A stretch of DNA of 64,000 bases from Eledone cirrhosa (GCA_964016885.1 OZ024745.1:21390001-21454000); one strand, 5' to 3'; numbered from the stretch's first letter, positions 30,001 to 44,502 are shown. The notes: generated by a model not told the origin, from the letters alone. Translations and numbers: made by a program.

Positions 30001-33000
30001 GAGGGTATTGACAAGAGAGTATTTGACCAAAGGTCTGTTGTGAGGGTATTAACAAGACAGTATTTGACCAAAGATCTGTTGTGAGCGTATTGACAAGACA
30101 GTACTTGACTATAGGTCTGTTGTGAGGGTATTGACAAGACAGTATTTGACCAAAGGTCTGTTGTGAGGGTATTGACAAGACAGTACTTGACCATACGTCT
30201 GTTGTGAGGTTATAGATAAGACAGTATTTGACCAAAGGTCTGTTGTGAGGGTATTGACAAGACAGTACTTGACCATAGGTCTGTTGTGAGTGTATTCACA
30301 AGATAGTATTTGATAATAGGTCTGTTGTGAGGGTATTGACAAGACAGTATTTGACCAAAGGTCTGTTGTGAGGGTATTGACAAGACAGTATTTGATCATA
30401 GGTCTGTTGTGAGGGTATTGACAAGACAGTATTTGACCAAAGGTCTGTTTTGAGGGTATTGACAAGACAGTAGTTGACCAAAGGTCTGTTGTGAGGGTAT
30501 TGACAAGACAGTATTTGACCAAAGGTCTGTTGTGAGGGTATTGACAAGACAGTATTTCATCATAGGTCTGTTGTGAGGGTATTGACAAGACAGTATTTGA
30601 CTAAAGGTCCGTTCTGAGGGTATTGGCAAGACAGTATTTGGCCATTGATCTGTTGTGAGGGTATTGACAAGATAGTATTTGACCATAGGTCTGTTGTGAG
30701 GGTATTGACAATACAGTATTTGACCATAGGTCTGTTGTGACGGTATTGACAAGACAGTATTTGACCAAAGGTCAGTTGTGAGGGTATTGACAAGACAGTA
30801 TTTGACCATAGGTCTGTTGTGAGGGTATTGACAAGACAGTATTTGACCATAGGTCTGTTGTGAGGGTATTGACAAGACAGTATTTGACCATAGATCTGTT
30901 GTGAGAGTATTGACAAGATAGTATTTGACCATAGGTCTGTTGTGAGGGTATTGACAAGACAGTATTTGACCAAAGGTCTATTGTGAGGGTATTGACAAGA
31001 CAGTATTTGACCATGGATCTGACGTGAGGGTATTGGAAAGACAGTATTTGACCATAGGTCTGTTGTGAGGGTATTGACAAGACAGTTTTGACCATAGGTC
31101 TGTTGTGAGGTTATTGACAAGATAGTATTTGACCATAGTTCTGTTGTGAGGGTATTGACAAGATAGTATTTGACAATAGTTCTGTTGTGAGGGTATTGAC
31201 AAGATAGTATTTGCCCATAGGTCTGTTGTGAGGGTATTGACAAGACAGTTTTGACCATAGGTCTGTTGGAGCATATTGACAAGATAGTATTTGACCATAG
31301 GTCTGTTGTGAGGGTATTGACAAGACAGTACTTGATCATAGGTCTCTTGTGAGGGTATTGACAAGACAGTATTTGATCATAGCTCTGTTGTGAGGGTATT
31401 GACATGACAGTATTTGACCAAAGGTCTATTGTGAGGGTATTAACAAGACAGTATTTGACCATAGGTCTGTTGTGAGGGTATTGGCAAGACAGTATTTGAT
31501 CATAGGTCTGTTGTGAGGGTATTGACAAGACAGTATTTGACCATAGGTCCGTTGTTAGGGTATTGACAAGACAGTATTTGACCATAGGTCTGTTGTGAGG
31601 GTATTGACAAGACAGTACTTGGTGATAGGTCTCTTGTGAGGGTATTGACAAGACAGTATTTGATCATAGCTCTGTTGTGAGGTTATTGACAAGATAGTAT
31701 TTGACCATAGGTCTGTTGTGAGGGTATTGACAAGACAGTATTTGACCAAAGGTCTGTTGTGAGTGTATTGACAAGACAGTATTTGACCAAAGGTCTGTTG
31801 TGAGGGTATTGACAAGACAGTTTTGACCATAGGTCTGTTGTGAGGGTATTGACAAGACAGTATTTGATCATAGGTCTGTTGTGAGGGTATTGACAAGACA
31901 GTATTTGCCCATAGGTCTGTTGTGAGGGTATTGACAAGACAGTATTTGACCTTAGGTCTGTGGTGAGGGTATTGACATGACAGTATTTGATCATAGCTCT
32001 GTTGTGAGGGTATTGACAAGACAGTATTTGACCATAGGTCTGTTGTGATGGTATTGACAAGAGAGTATTTGACCATAGGTCTGTTGTGAGGTTATTGACA
32101 ACACAGTATTTGACCAGAAGTCTGTTGTGAGGGTATTGACAAGACAGTATTTGACCAAAGGTCTGTTGTGAGGGTATTGACAAGACAGTATTTGATCATA
32201 GCTCTGTTGTGAGGGTATTGGCAAGACAGTATTTGACCAGAAGTCTGTTGTGAGGGTATTGACAAGACAGTATTTGACCAAAGGTCTGTTGTGAGGGTAA
32301 TGACAAGACAGTATTTGATCATAGGTCTGTTGTGAGGGTATTGGCAAGACAGTATTTGATCATAGGTCTATTGTGAGGGTATTGACAAGACAGTATTTGA
32401 CCATAGGTCCGTTGTTAGGGTATTGACAAGACAGTATTTGACCATAGGTCTGTTGTGAGGGTATTGACAAGACAGTACTTGGTCATAGGTCTCTTGTGAT
32501 GGTATTGACAAGAGAGTATTTGACCATAGGTCTGTTGTGAGGTTATTGACAACACAGTATTTGACAAGAAGTCTGTTGTGAGGGTATTGACAAGACACTA
32601 TTTGCCATAGGTCTGTAGTGAGGGTATTGACAAGACAGTATTTGACCAGAAGTCTGTTGTGAGGGTATTGACAAGACAGTATTTGACCAAAGGTCTGTTG
32701 TGAGGGTATTGACAAGACAGTATTTGATCATAGCTCTGTTGTGAGGTTATTGACAAGATAGTATTTGACCATAGGTCTGTTGTGAGGGTATTGACAAGAC
32801 AGTATTTGACCAAAGGTCTTTTGTGAGGGTATTGACAAGACAGTATTTGACCAAAGGTCTGTTGTGAGGGTATTGACAAGAAAGTTTTGACCATAGGTCT
32901 GTTGTGAGGGTATTGACAAGACAGTATTTGATCATAGGTCTGTTGTGAGGGTATTGACAAGACAATATTTGCCCATAGGTCTGTTGTGAGGGTATTGACA

Positions 33001-36000
33001 AGACAATATTTGCCCATAGGTCTGTTGTGAGGGTATTGACTATAGGTCTTTTGTGAGCGTATTGACAATATAGTATTTGAACAAAGGTCTGTTGTGAGGG
33101 TATTGAAAAGACAGTATTTCACCATAGGTCTGTTGTGAGGATATTGACAAGACAGTATTTGACTAAAGGTCTGTTGTGAGGGTATTGACAAGAGAGTATT
33201 TGACCAAAGGTCTGTTGTGAGGGTATTAACAAGACAGTATTTGACCAAAGATCTGTTGTGAGCGTATTGACAAGACAGTACTTGACTATAGGTCTGTTGT
33301 GAGGGTATTGACAAGACAGTATTTGACCAAAGGTCTGTTGTGAGGGTATTGACAAGACAGTATTTCATCATAGGTCTGTTGTGAGGGTATTGACAAGACA
33401 GTATTTGACTAAAGGTCCGTTCTGAGGGTATTGGCAAGACAGTATTTGGCCATTGATCTGTTGTGAGGGTATTGACAAGATAGTATTTGACCATAGGTCT
33501 GTTGTGAGGGTATTGACAATACAGTATTTGACCATAGGTCTGTTGTGACGGTATTGACAAGACAGTATTTGACCAAAGGTCAGTTGTGAGGGTATTGACA
33601 AGACAGTATTTGACCATAGGTCTGTTGTGAGGGTATTGACAAGACAGTATTTGACCATAGGTCTGTTGTGAGGGTATTGACAAGACAGTATTTGACCATA
33701 GATCTGTTGTGAGAGTATTGACAAGATAGTATTTGACCATAGGTCTGTTGTGAGGGTATTGACAAGACAGTATTTGACCAAAGGTCTATTGTGAGGGTAT
33801 TGACAAGACAGTATTTGACCATGGATTTGACGTGAGGGTATTGGAAAGACAGTATTTGACCATAGGTCTGTTGTGAGGGTATTGACAAGACAGTTTTGAC
33901 CATAGTTCTGTTGTGAGGGTATTGACAAGATAGTATTTGACAATAGTTCTGTTGTGAGGGTATTGACAAGATAGTATTTGCCCATAGGTCTGTTGTGAGG
34001 GTATTGACAAGACAGTTTTGACCATAGGTCTGTTGGAGCATATTGACAAGATAGTATTTGACCATAGGTCTGTTGTGAGGGTATTGACAAGACAGTACTT
34101 GATCATAGGTCTCTTGTGAGGGTATTGACAAGACAGTATTTGATCATAGCTCTGTTGTGAGGGTATTGACATGACAGTATTTGACCAAAGGTCTATTGTG
34201 AGGGTATTAACAAGACATTATTTGACCATAGGTCTGTTGTGAGGGTATTGGCAAGACAGTATTTGATCATAGGTCTGTTGTGAGGGTATTGACAAGACAG
34301 TATTTGACCATAGGTCCGTTGTTAGGGTATTGACAAGACAGTATTTGACCATAGGTCTGTTGTGAGGGTATTGACAAGACAGTACTTGGTGATAGGTCTC
34401 TTGTGAGGATATTGACAAGACAGTATTTGATCATAGCTCTGTTGTGAGGTTATTGACAAGATAGTATTTGACCATAGGTCTGTTGTGAGGGTATTGACAA
34501 GACAGTATTTGACCAAAGGTCTGTTGTGAGTGTATTGACAAGACAGTATTTGACCAAAGGTCTGTTGTGAGGGTATTGACAAGACAGTTTTGACCATAGG
34601 TCTGTTGTGAGGGTATTGACAAGACAGTATTTGCCCATAGGTCTGTTGTGAGGGTATTGACAAGACAGTATTTGACCTTAGGTCTGTGGTGAGGGTATTG
34701 ACATGACAGTATTTGATCATAGCTCTGTTGTGAGGGTATTGACAAGACAGTATTTGACCATAGGTCTGTTGTGATGGTATTGACAAGAGAGTATTTGACC
34801 ATAGGTCTGTTGTGAGGTTATTGACAACACAGTATTTGACCAGAAGTCTGTTGTGAGGGTATTGACAAGACAGTATTTGACCAAAGGTCTGTTGTGAGGG
34901 TATTGACAAGACAGTATTTGATCATAGCTCTGTTGTGAGGGTATTGGCAAGACAGTATTTGACCAGAAGTCTGTTGTGAGGGTATTGACAAGACAGTATT
35001 TGACCAAAGGTCTGTTGTGAGGGTATTGACAAGACAGTATTTGATCATAGGTCTGTTGTGAGGGTATTGGCAAGACAGTATTTGATCATAGGTCTATTGT
35101 GAGGGTATTGACAAGACAGTATTTGACCATAGGTCCGTTGTTAGGGTATTGACAAGACAGTATTTGACCATAGGTCTGTTGTGAGGGTATTGACAAGACA
35201 GTACTTGGTCATAGGTCTCTTGTGATGGTATTGACAAGAGAGTATTTGACCATAGGTCTGTTGTGAGGTTATTGACAACACAGTATTTGACAAGAAGTCT
35301 GTTGTGAGGGTATTGACAAGACACTATTTGCCATAGGTCTGTAGTGAGGGTATTGACAAGACAGTATTTGACCAGAAGTCTGTTGTGAGGGTATTGACAA
35401 GACAGTATTTGACCAAAGGTCTGTTGTGAGGGTATTGACAAGACAGTATTTGATCATAGCTCTGTTGTGAGGTTATTGACAAGATAGTATTTGACCATAG
35501 GTCTGTTGTGAGGGTATTGACAAGACAGTATTTGACCAAAGGTCTTTTGTGAGGGTATTGACAAGACAGTATTTGACCAAAGGTCTGTTGTGAGGGTATT
35601 GACAAGAAAGTTTTGACCATAGGTCTGTTGTGAGGGTATTGACAAGACAGTATTTGATCATAGGTCTGTTGTGAGGGTATTGACAAGACAATATTTGCCC
35701 ATAGGTCTGTTGTGAGGGTATTGACAAGACAATATTTGCCCATAGGTCTGTTGTGAGGGTATTGACTATAGGTCTTTTGTGAGGGTATTGACAATATAGT
35801 ATTTGAACAAAGGTCTGTTGTGAGGGTATTGAAAAGACAGTATTTCACCATAGGTCTGTTGTGAGGATATTGACAAGACAGTATTTGACTAAAGGTCTGT
35901 TGTGAGGGTATTGACAAGAGAGTATTTGACCAAAGGTCTGTTGTGAGGGTATTAACAAGACAGTATTTGACCAAAGATCTGTTGTGAGCGTATTGACAAG

Positions 36001-39000
36001 ACAGTACTTGACTATAGGTCTGTTGTGAGGGTATTGACAAGACAGTATTTGACCAAAGGTCTGTTGTGAGGGTATTGACAAGACAGTACTTGACCATACG
36101 TCTGTTGTGAGGTTATAGATAAGACAGTATTTGACCAAAGGTCTGTTGTGAGGGTATTGACAAGACAGTACTTGACCATAGGTCTGTTGTGAGTGTATTC
36201 ACAAGATAGTATTTGATAATAGGTCTGTTGTGAGGGTATTGACAAGACAGTATTTGACCAAAGGTCTGTTGTGAGGGTATTGACAAGACAGTATTTGATC
36301 ATAGGTCTGTTGTGAGGGTATTGACAAGACAGTATTTGACCAAAGGTCTGTTTTGAGGGTATTGACAAGACAGTAGTTGACCAAAGGTCTGTTGTGAGGG
36401 TATTGACAAGACAGTATTTGACCAAAGGTCTGTTGTGAGGGTATTGACAAGACAGTATTTCATCATAGGTCTGTTGTGAGGGTATTGACAAGACAGTATT
36501 TGACTAAAGGTCCGTTCTGAGGGTATTGGCAAGACAGTATTTGGCCATTGATCTGTTGTGAGGGTATTGACAAGATAGTATTTGACCATAGGTCTGTTGT
36601 GAGGGTATTGACAATACAGTATTTGACCATAGGTCTGTTGTGACGGTATTGACAAGACAGTATTTGACCAAAGGTCAGTTGTGAGGGTATTGACAAGACA
36701 GTATTTGACCATAGGTCTGTTGTGAGGGTATTGACAAGACAGTATTTGACCATAGGTCTGTTGTGAGGGTATTGACAAGACAGTATTTGACCATAGATCT
36801 GTTGTGAGAGTATTGACAAGATAGTATTTGACCATAGGTCTGTTGTGAGGGTATTGACAAGACAGTATTTGACCAAAGGTCTGTTGTGAGGGTATTGATA
36901 AGACAGTATTTGACCAAAGGTCTGTTGTGAGGGTATTGACAAGACAGTATTTGATCATAGGTCTGTTGTGAGGGTATTGACAAGACAGTATTTGATCATA
37001 GGTCTGTTGTGAGGGTATTGACAAGACAGTATTTGACCAAAGCTCTGTTGTGAGGGTATTGACAAGACAGTATTTGACCAAAGGTCTGTTGTGAGGGTAT
37101 TGACAAGACAGTATTTGATCATAGGTCTGTTGTGAGGGTATTGACAAGACAGTATTTGACCAAAGGTCTGTTGTGAGGGTATTGACAAGACAGTATTTGA
37201 CCAAAGGTCTGTTGTGAGGGTATTGACAAGACAGTATTTGATCATAGGTCTGTTGTGAGGGTATTGACAAGACAGTATTTGATCATAGGTCTGTTGGGAG
37301 GGTATTCACAAGACAGTATTTGACCAAAGGCTTGTTGTGAGGGTATTGACAAGACAGTATTTGATCATAGGTCTGTTGTGAGGGTATTGACAAGACAGTA
37401 TTTGACCATAGGTCCGTTGTTAGAGTATTGACAAGACAGTATTTCACCATAGGTCTGTTGTGAGGGTATTGGCAAGACAGTATTTGACCATAGATCTATT
37501 GTGAGGGTATTGACAAGATAGTATTTGACCATAGGTCCGTTGAGAGGGTATTGATAAGACAGTATTTGACCATAGGTCTGTTGTGAGGGTATTGACAAGA
37601 CAGTATTTGACCATGGATCTGACGTGAGGGTATTGGAAAGACAGTATTTGACCATAGGTCTGTTGTGAGGGTATTGACAAGACAGTTTTGACCATAGGTC
37701 TGTTGTGAGGTTATTGACAAGATAGTATTTGACCATAGTTCTGTTGTGAGGGTATTGACAAGATAGTATTTGACAATAGTTCTGTTGTGAGGGTATTGAC
37801 AAGATAGTATTTGCCCATAGGTCTGTTGTGAGGGTATTGACAAGACAGTTTTGACCATAGGTCTGTTGGAGCATATTGACAAGATAGTATTTGACCATAG
37901 GTCTGTTGTGAGGGTATTGACAAGACAGTACTTGATCATAGGTCTCTTGTGAGGGTATTGACAAGACAGTATTTGATCATAGCTCTGTTGTGAGGGTATT
38001 GACATGACAGTATTTGACCAAAGGTCTATTGTGAGGGTATTAACAAGACAGTATTTGACCATAGGTCTGTTGTGAGGGTATTGGCAAGACAGTATTTGAT
38101 CATAGGTCTGTTGTGAGGGTATTGACAAGACAGTATTTGACCATAGGTCCGTTGTTAGGGTATTGACAAGACAGTATTTGACCATAGGTCTGTTGTGAGG
38201 GTATTGACAAGACAGTACTTGGTGATAGGTCTCTTGTGAGGGTATTGACAAGACAGTATTTGATCATAGCTCTGTTGTGAGGTTATTGACAAGATAGTAT
38301 TTGACCATAGGTCTGTTGTGAGGGTATTGACAAGACAGTATTTGACCAAAGGTCTGTTGTGAGTGTATTGACAAGACAGTATTTGACCAAAGGTCTGTTG
38401 TGAGGGTATTGACAAGACAGTTTTGACCATAGGTCTGTTGTGAGGGTATTGACAAGACAGTATTTGATCATAGGTCTGTTGTGAGGGTATTGACAAGACA
38501 GTATTTGCCCATAGGTCTGTTGTGAGGGTATTGACAAGACAGTATTTGACCTTAGGTCTGTGGTGAGGGTATTGACAAGACAGTATTTGATCATAGCTCT
38601 GTTGTGAGGGTATTGACAAGACAGTATTTGACCATAGGTCTGTTGTGATGGTATTGACAAGAGAGTATTTGACCATAGGTCTGTTGTGAGGTTATTGACA
38701 ACACAGTATTTGACCAGAAGTCTGTTGTGAGGGTATTGACAAGACACTATTTGCCATAGGTCTGTAGTGAGGGTATTGACAAGACAGTATTTGACCAGAA
38801 GTCTGTTGTGAGGGTATTGACAAGACAGTATTTGACCAAAGGTCTGTTGTGAGGGTATTGACAAGACAGTATTTGATCATAGCTCTGTTGTGAGGTTATT
38901 GACAAGATAGTATTTTACCATAGGTCTGTTGTGAGGGTATTGACAAGACAGTATTTGACCAAAGGTCTGTTGTGAGGGTATTGACAAGACAGTATTTGAC

Positions 39001-42000
39001 CAAAGGTCTGTTGTGAGGGTATTGACAAGACAGTTTTGACCATAGGTCTGTTGCGAGGGTATTGACAAGACAGTATTTGATCATAGGTCTGTTGTGAGGG
39101 TATTGACAAGACAATATTTGCCCATAGGTTTGTTGTGAGGGTATTGACAAGAGGTCTGTGGTGAGGGTATTAACAAGACAGTATTTGATCATAGCTCTGT
39201 TGTGAGGGTATTGACAAGACAGTATTTGACCATAGGTCTGTTGTGAGGGTATTGACAAGAGAGTATTTGACCATATGTCTGTTGTGAGGTTATTGACAAC
39301 ACAGTATTTGACCAGAAGTCTGTTGTGAGGGTATTGACAAGACACTATTTGACCATAGGTCTGTAGTGAGGGTATTGACAAGACAGTATTTGACCAGAAG
39401 TCTGTTGTGAGGGTATTGACAAGACAGTATTTGACCAAAGGTCTGTTGTGAGGGTATTGACAAGACAGTACTTGATCATAGGTCTGTTGTGAGGGTATTG
39501 ACAAGACAGTATTTGACAATAGGTCTGTTGCGAGGGTATTGACAAGACAGTATTTGACCAATGTTCTGTTGTGAGGGTATTTACAAGAGAGTACTTGATC
39601 ATAGGTCTGTTGTGAGAGTATTGACAAGACAGTACTTGACCATAGGTCTGTTGTGAGGGTATTGACAAGACAGTATTTGACCAATGGTCTGTTGTGAGGG
39701 TATTGACAAGACAGTATTTGACCAAAGGTCTGTTGTGAGGGTATTGACAAGACAGTATTTGACCAAAGGTCTGTTGTGAGGGTATTGACAAGACAGTATT
39801 TGACCAAAGGTCTGTTGTGAGGGTATTGACAAGACAGTATTTGACCAAAGGTCTGTTGTGAGGGTATTGACAAGACAGTATTTGACCAAAGGTCTGTTGT
39901 GAGGGTATTGACAAGACAGTATTTGATCATAGGTCTGTTGTGAGGGTATTGGCAAGACAGTATTTGACCATAGGTCTGTTGTGAGGGTATTGACAAGACA
40001 GTATTTGACCATAGGTCTGTGGTGAGGGTATTGACAAGACAGTAATTGATCATAGCTCTGTTGTGACGGTATTGACAAGACAGTATTTGACCTGAAGTCT
40101 GTTGTGAGGGTATTGACAACACAGTATTTGATCAGAAGTCTGTTGTGAGGGTATTGACAAGACAGTATTTGACCATAGGTCTGTAGTGAGGGTATTGACA
40201 AGACAGTATTTGACCAGAAGTCTGTTGTGAGGGTATTGACAACACAGTATTTGACCATAGGTCTGTTCTGAGGGTATTGCCAAGACAGGATTTGACCACA
40301 GGTCTGTTATGAGGGTATTGACAAGACAGTATTTGACCATAGGTCTGTAGTGAGTGTATTTACAAGACAGTATTTGACCATAGGTCTGTTGTGAGGGTAT
40401 TGACAAGACAGTATTTGACCAAAGGTATGTTGTGAGGGTATTGACAAGACCGTATTTGACCATAGGTCTGTTGTGAGGGTATTGACAAGACTGTATTTGA
40501 CCAAAGGTCTGTTGTGAGGGTATTGACAACACAGTATTTGACCAGAAGTCTGTTGTGAGGGTATTGACAAGACACTATTTGCCATAGGTCTGTAGTGAGG
40601 GTTTTGACAAGACAGTATTTGACCAGAAGTCTGTTGTGAGGGTATTGACAAGACAGTATTTGACCAAAGGTCTGTTGTGAGGCTATTGACAAGACAGTAT
40701 TTGATCATAGCTCTGTTGTGAGGGTATTGACAGACAGTATTTGACCAAAGGTCTGTTGTGAGGGTATTGACAAGACAGTATTTGACCAAAGGTCTGTTGT
40801 GAGGGTATTGACAAGACAGTTTTGACCATAGGTCTGTTGTGAGGGTATTGACAAGACAGTATTTGATCATAGGTCTGTTGTGAGTGTATTGACAAGACAG
40901 TATTTGCCCATAGGTCTGTTGTGAGGGTATTGACAAGACAGTATTTGACCATAGGTCTGTGGTGAGGGTATTAACAAGACAGTATTTGATCATAGCTCTG
41001 TTGTGAGGGTATTGACAAGACAGTATTTGACCATAGGTCTGTTGTGAGGGTATTGACAAGAGAGTATTTGACCATAGGTCTGTTGTGAGGTTATTGACAA
41101 CACAGTATTTGACCAGAAGTCTGTTGTGAGGGTATTGACAAGACACTATTTGACCATAGGTCTGTAGTGAGGGTATTGACAAGACAGTATTTGACCAGAA
41201 GTCTGTTGTGAGGGTATTGACAAGACAGTATTTGACCAAAGGTCTGTTGTGAGGGTATTGACAAGACAGTACTTGATCATAGGTCTGTTGTGAGGGTATT
41301 GACAAGACAGTATTTGACAATAGGTCTGTTGCGAGGGTATTGACAAGACAGTATTTGACCAATGTTCTGTTGTGAGGGTATTAACAAGACAGTACTTGAT
41401 CATAGGTCTGTTGTGAGATTATTGAGAAGACAGTACTTGACCACATGTCTGTTGTGAGGGTATTGACAAGACAGTATTTGACCAATGGTCTGTTGTGAGG
41501 GTATTGACAAGACAGTATTTGACGAAAGGTCTGTTGTGAGGGTATTGACAAGACAGTATTTGACCATAGGTCTGTTGTGAGGGTATTGACAAGACAGTAT
41601 TTGACCAAAGGTCTGTTGTGAGGGTATTGACAAGACAGTATTTGACCAAAGGTCTGTTGTGAGTGTATTGACAAGACAGTATTTGATCATAGGTCTGTTG
41701 TGAGATTATTGGCAAGACAGTATTTGACCATAGGTCTGTTTTGAGGGTATTGACAAGACAGTATTTGACCATAGGTCTGTGGTGAGGGTATTGACAAGAC
41801 AGTAATTGATCATAGCTCTGTTGTGACGGTATTGACAAGACAGTATTTGACCTGAAGTCTGTTGTGAGGGTATTGACAACACAGTATTTGACCAGAAGTC
41901 TGTTGTGAGGGTATTGACAAGACAGTATTTGACCATAGGTCTGTAGTGAGGGTATTGACAAGACAGTATTTGACCAGAAGTCTGTTGTGAGGGTATTGAC

Positions 42001-44502
42001 AACACAGTATTTGACCATAGGTCTGTTCTGAGGTTATTGCCAAGACAGTATTTGACCATAGGTCTGTTATGAGGGTATTGACAAGACAGTATTTTATAAT
42101 AGGTCTGTAGTGAGGGTATTGACAAGACAGTATTTGACCATAGGTCTGTTGTGAGGGTATTGACAAGACAGTATTTGACCAAAGGTCTGTTGTGAGGGTA
42201 TTGACAAGACCGTATTTGACCATAGGTCTGTTGTGAGGGTATTGACAAGACAGTATTTGACCAAAGGTCTGTTGTGAGGGTATTGACAAGACAGTATTTG
42301 ACCAAAGGTCTGTTGTGAGGGTATTGACAAGACAGTATTTGATCATAGGTCTGTTGTGAGGGTATTGACAAGACAGTATTTGACCATAGGTCTGTTGTGA
42401 GGGTATTGACAAGACAGTATTTGACCATAGGTCTGTGGTGAGGGTATTGACAAGACAGTAATTGATCATAGCTCTGTTATGAGGGTATTGACAAGACAGT
42501 ATTTGACCAAAGGTCTGTTGTGAGGGTATTGACAAGACAGTATTTGACCAAAGGACTGTTGTGAGCGTATTGACAAGACAGTATTTGATCATAGGTCTGT
42601 TGTGACGGTATTGACAAGACAGTATTTGACCATAGATCTGTTGTGAGGGTATTGACAAGACAGTACTTGATCATAGGTCTGTTGTGAGATTATTGACAAG
42701 ACAGTACTTGACCATAGGTCTGTTGTGAGGGTATTGACAAGACAGTATTTGACCAATGGTCTGTTGTGAGGGTATTGACAAGACAGTATTTGACGAAAGT
42801 TCTGTTGTGAGGGTATTGACAAGACAGTATTTGACCATAGGTCTGTTGTGAGGGTATTGACAAGACAGTATTTGACCAAAGGTCTGTTGTGAGGGTATTG
42901 ACAAGACAGTATTTGACCAAAGGTCTGTTGTGAGTGTATTGACAAGACAGTATTTGATCATAGGTCTGTTGTGAGGGTATTGGCAAGACAGTATTTGACC
43001 ATAGGTCTGTTGTGAGGGTATTGACAAGACAGTATTTGACCATAGGTCTGTGGTGAGGGTATTGACAAGACAGTAATTGATCATAGCTCTGTTGTGACGG
43101 TATTGACAAGACAGTATTTGACCTGAAGTCTGTTGTGAGGGTATTGACAACACAGTATTTGACCAGAAGTCTGTTGTGAGGGTATTGACAAGACAGTATT
43201 TGACCATAGGTCTGTAGTGAGGGTCTTGACAAGACAGTATTTGACCAGAAGTCTGTTGTGAGGGTATTGACAACACAGTATTTGACCATAGGTCTGTTCT
43301 GAGGGTATTGCCAAGACAGTATTTGACCATAGGTCTGTTATGAGGGTATTGACAAGACAGTATTTTACCATAGGTCTGTAGTGAGGGTATTGACAAGACA
43401 GTATTTGACCATAGGTCTGTTGTGAGGGTATTGACAAGACAGTATTTGACCAAAGGTCTGTTGTGAGGGTATTGACAAGACCGTATTTGACCATAGGTCT
43501 GTTGTGAGGGTATTGACAAGACAGTATTTGACCAAAGGTCTGTTGTGAGGGTATTGACAAGACAGTATTTGACCAAAGGTCTGTTGTGAGGGTATTGACA
43601 AGACAGTATTTGATCATAGGTCTGTTGTGAGGGTATTGACAAGACAGTATTTGACCATAGGTCTGTTGTGAGGGTATTGACAAGACAGTATTTGACCATA
43701 GGTCTGTGGTGAGGGTATTGACAAGACAGTATTTGATCATAGGTCTGTTGTGAGGGTATTGACAAGACAGTATTTGACCATAGGTCTGTTGTGAGGGTAT
43801 TGACAAGACAGTATTTGACCATAGGTCTGTGGTGAGGGTATTGACAAGACAGTAATTGATCATAGCTCTGTTATGAGGGTATTGACAAGACAGTATTTGA
43901 CCAAAGGTCTGTTGTGAGGGTATTGACAAGACAGTATTTGATCATAGGTCTGTTGTGAGGGTATTGACAAGACAGTATTTGACCATAGGTCTGTTGTGAG
44001 GGTATTGACAAGACAGTATTTGACCATAGGTCTGTGGTGAGGGTATTGACAAGACAGTAATTGATCATAGCTCTGTTATGAGGGTATTGACAAGACAGTA
44101 TTTGACCAAAGGTCTGTTGTGAGGGTATTGACAAGACAGTATTTGACCAAAGGACTGTTGTGAGCGTATTGACAAGACAGTATTTGATCATAGGTCTGTT
44201 GTGACGGTATTGACAAGACAGTATTTGACCATAGATCTGTTGTGAGGGTATTGACAAGACAGTATTTGACCAAAGGTCTGTTGTGAGCGTATTGACAAGA
44301 CAGTACTTGACCATAGGTCTGTAGTGAGGGTATTGACAAGACAGTATTTGACCAGAAGTCTGTTGTGAGGGCATTGACAAGACAGTATTTGACCATAGGT
44401 CTGTTGTGAGGGTATTGACAAGACAGTATTTGACCATAGGTCTGTTATGAGGGTATTGACAAGACAGTATTTGACCATAGGTCTGTAGTGAGGGTATTGA
44501 CA
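1..44502. repeat. 41-bp tandem satellite array (about 1,085 monomers; continues beyond window start)
   Basis: Head-to-tail copies of GAGGGTATTGACAAGACAGTATTTGACCATAGGTCTGTTGT, mostly with few substitutions and rare short indels. No spacers or inversions seen. Ends abruptly at ...GGGTATTGACA|TAAGC near 44502. Confidence 0.99.

Noticed and set aside
1-44502. CRISPR array (repeat of CRISPR-like length with a small hairpin)
   Set aside because: Monomers are directly adjacent with no unique spacers, there are no cas genes, and the context is eukaryotic.
1-44502. Satellite monomer as a hammerhead ribozyme repeat
   Set aside because: Neither strand has a YUGANRA plus GAAA core.
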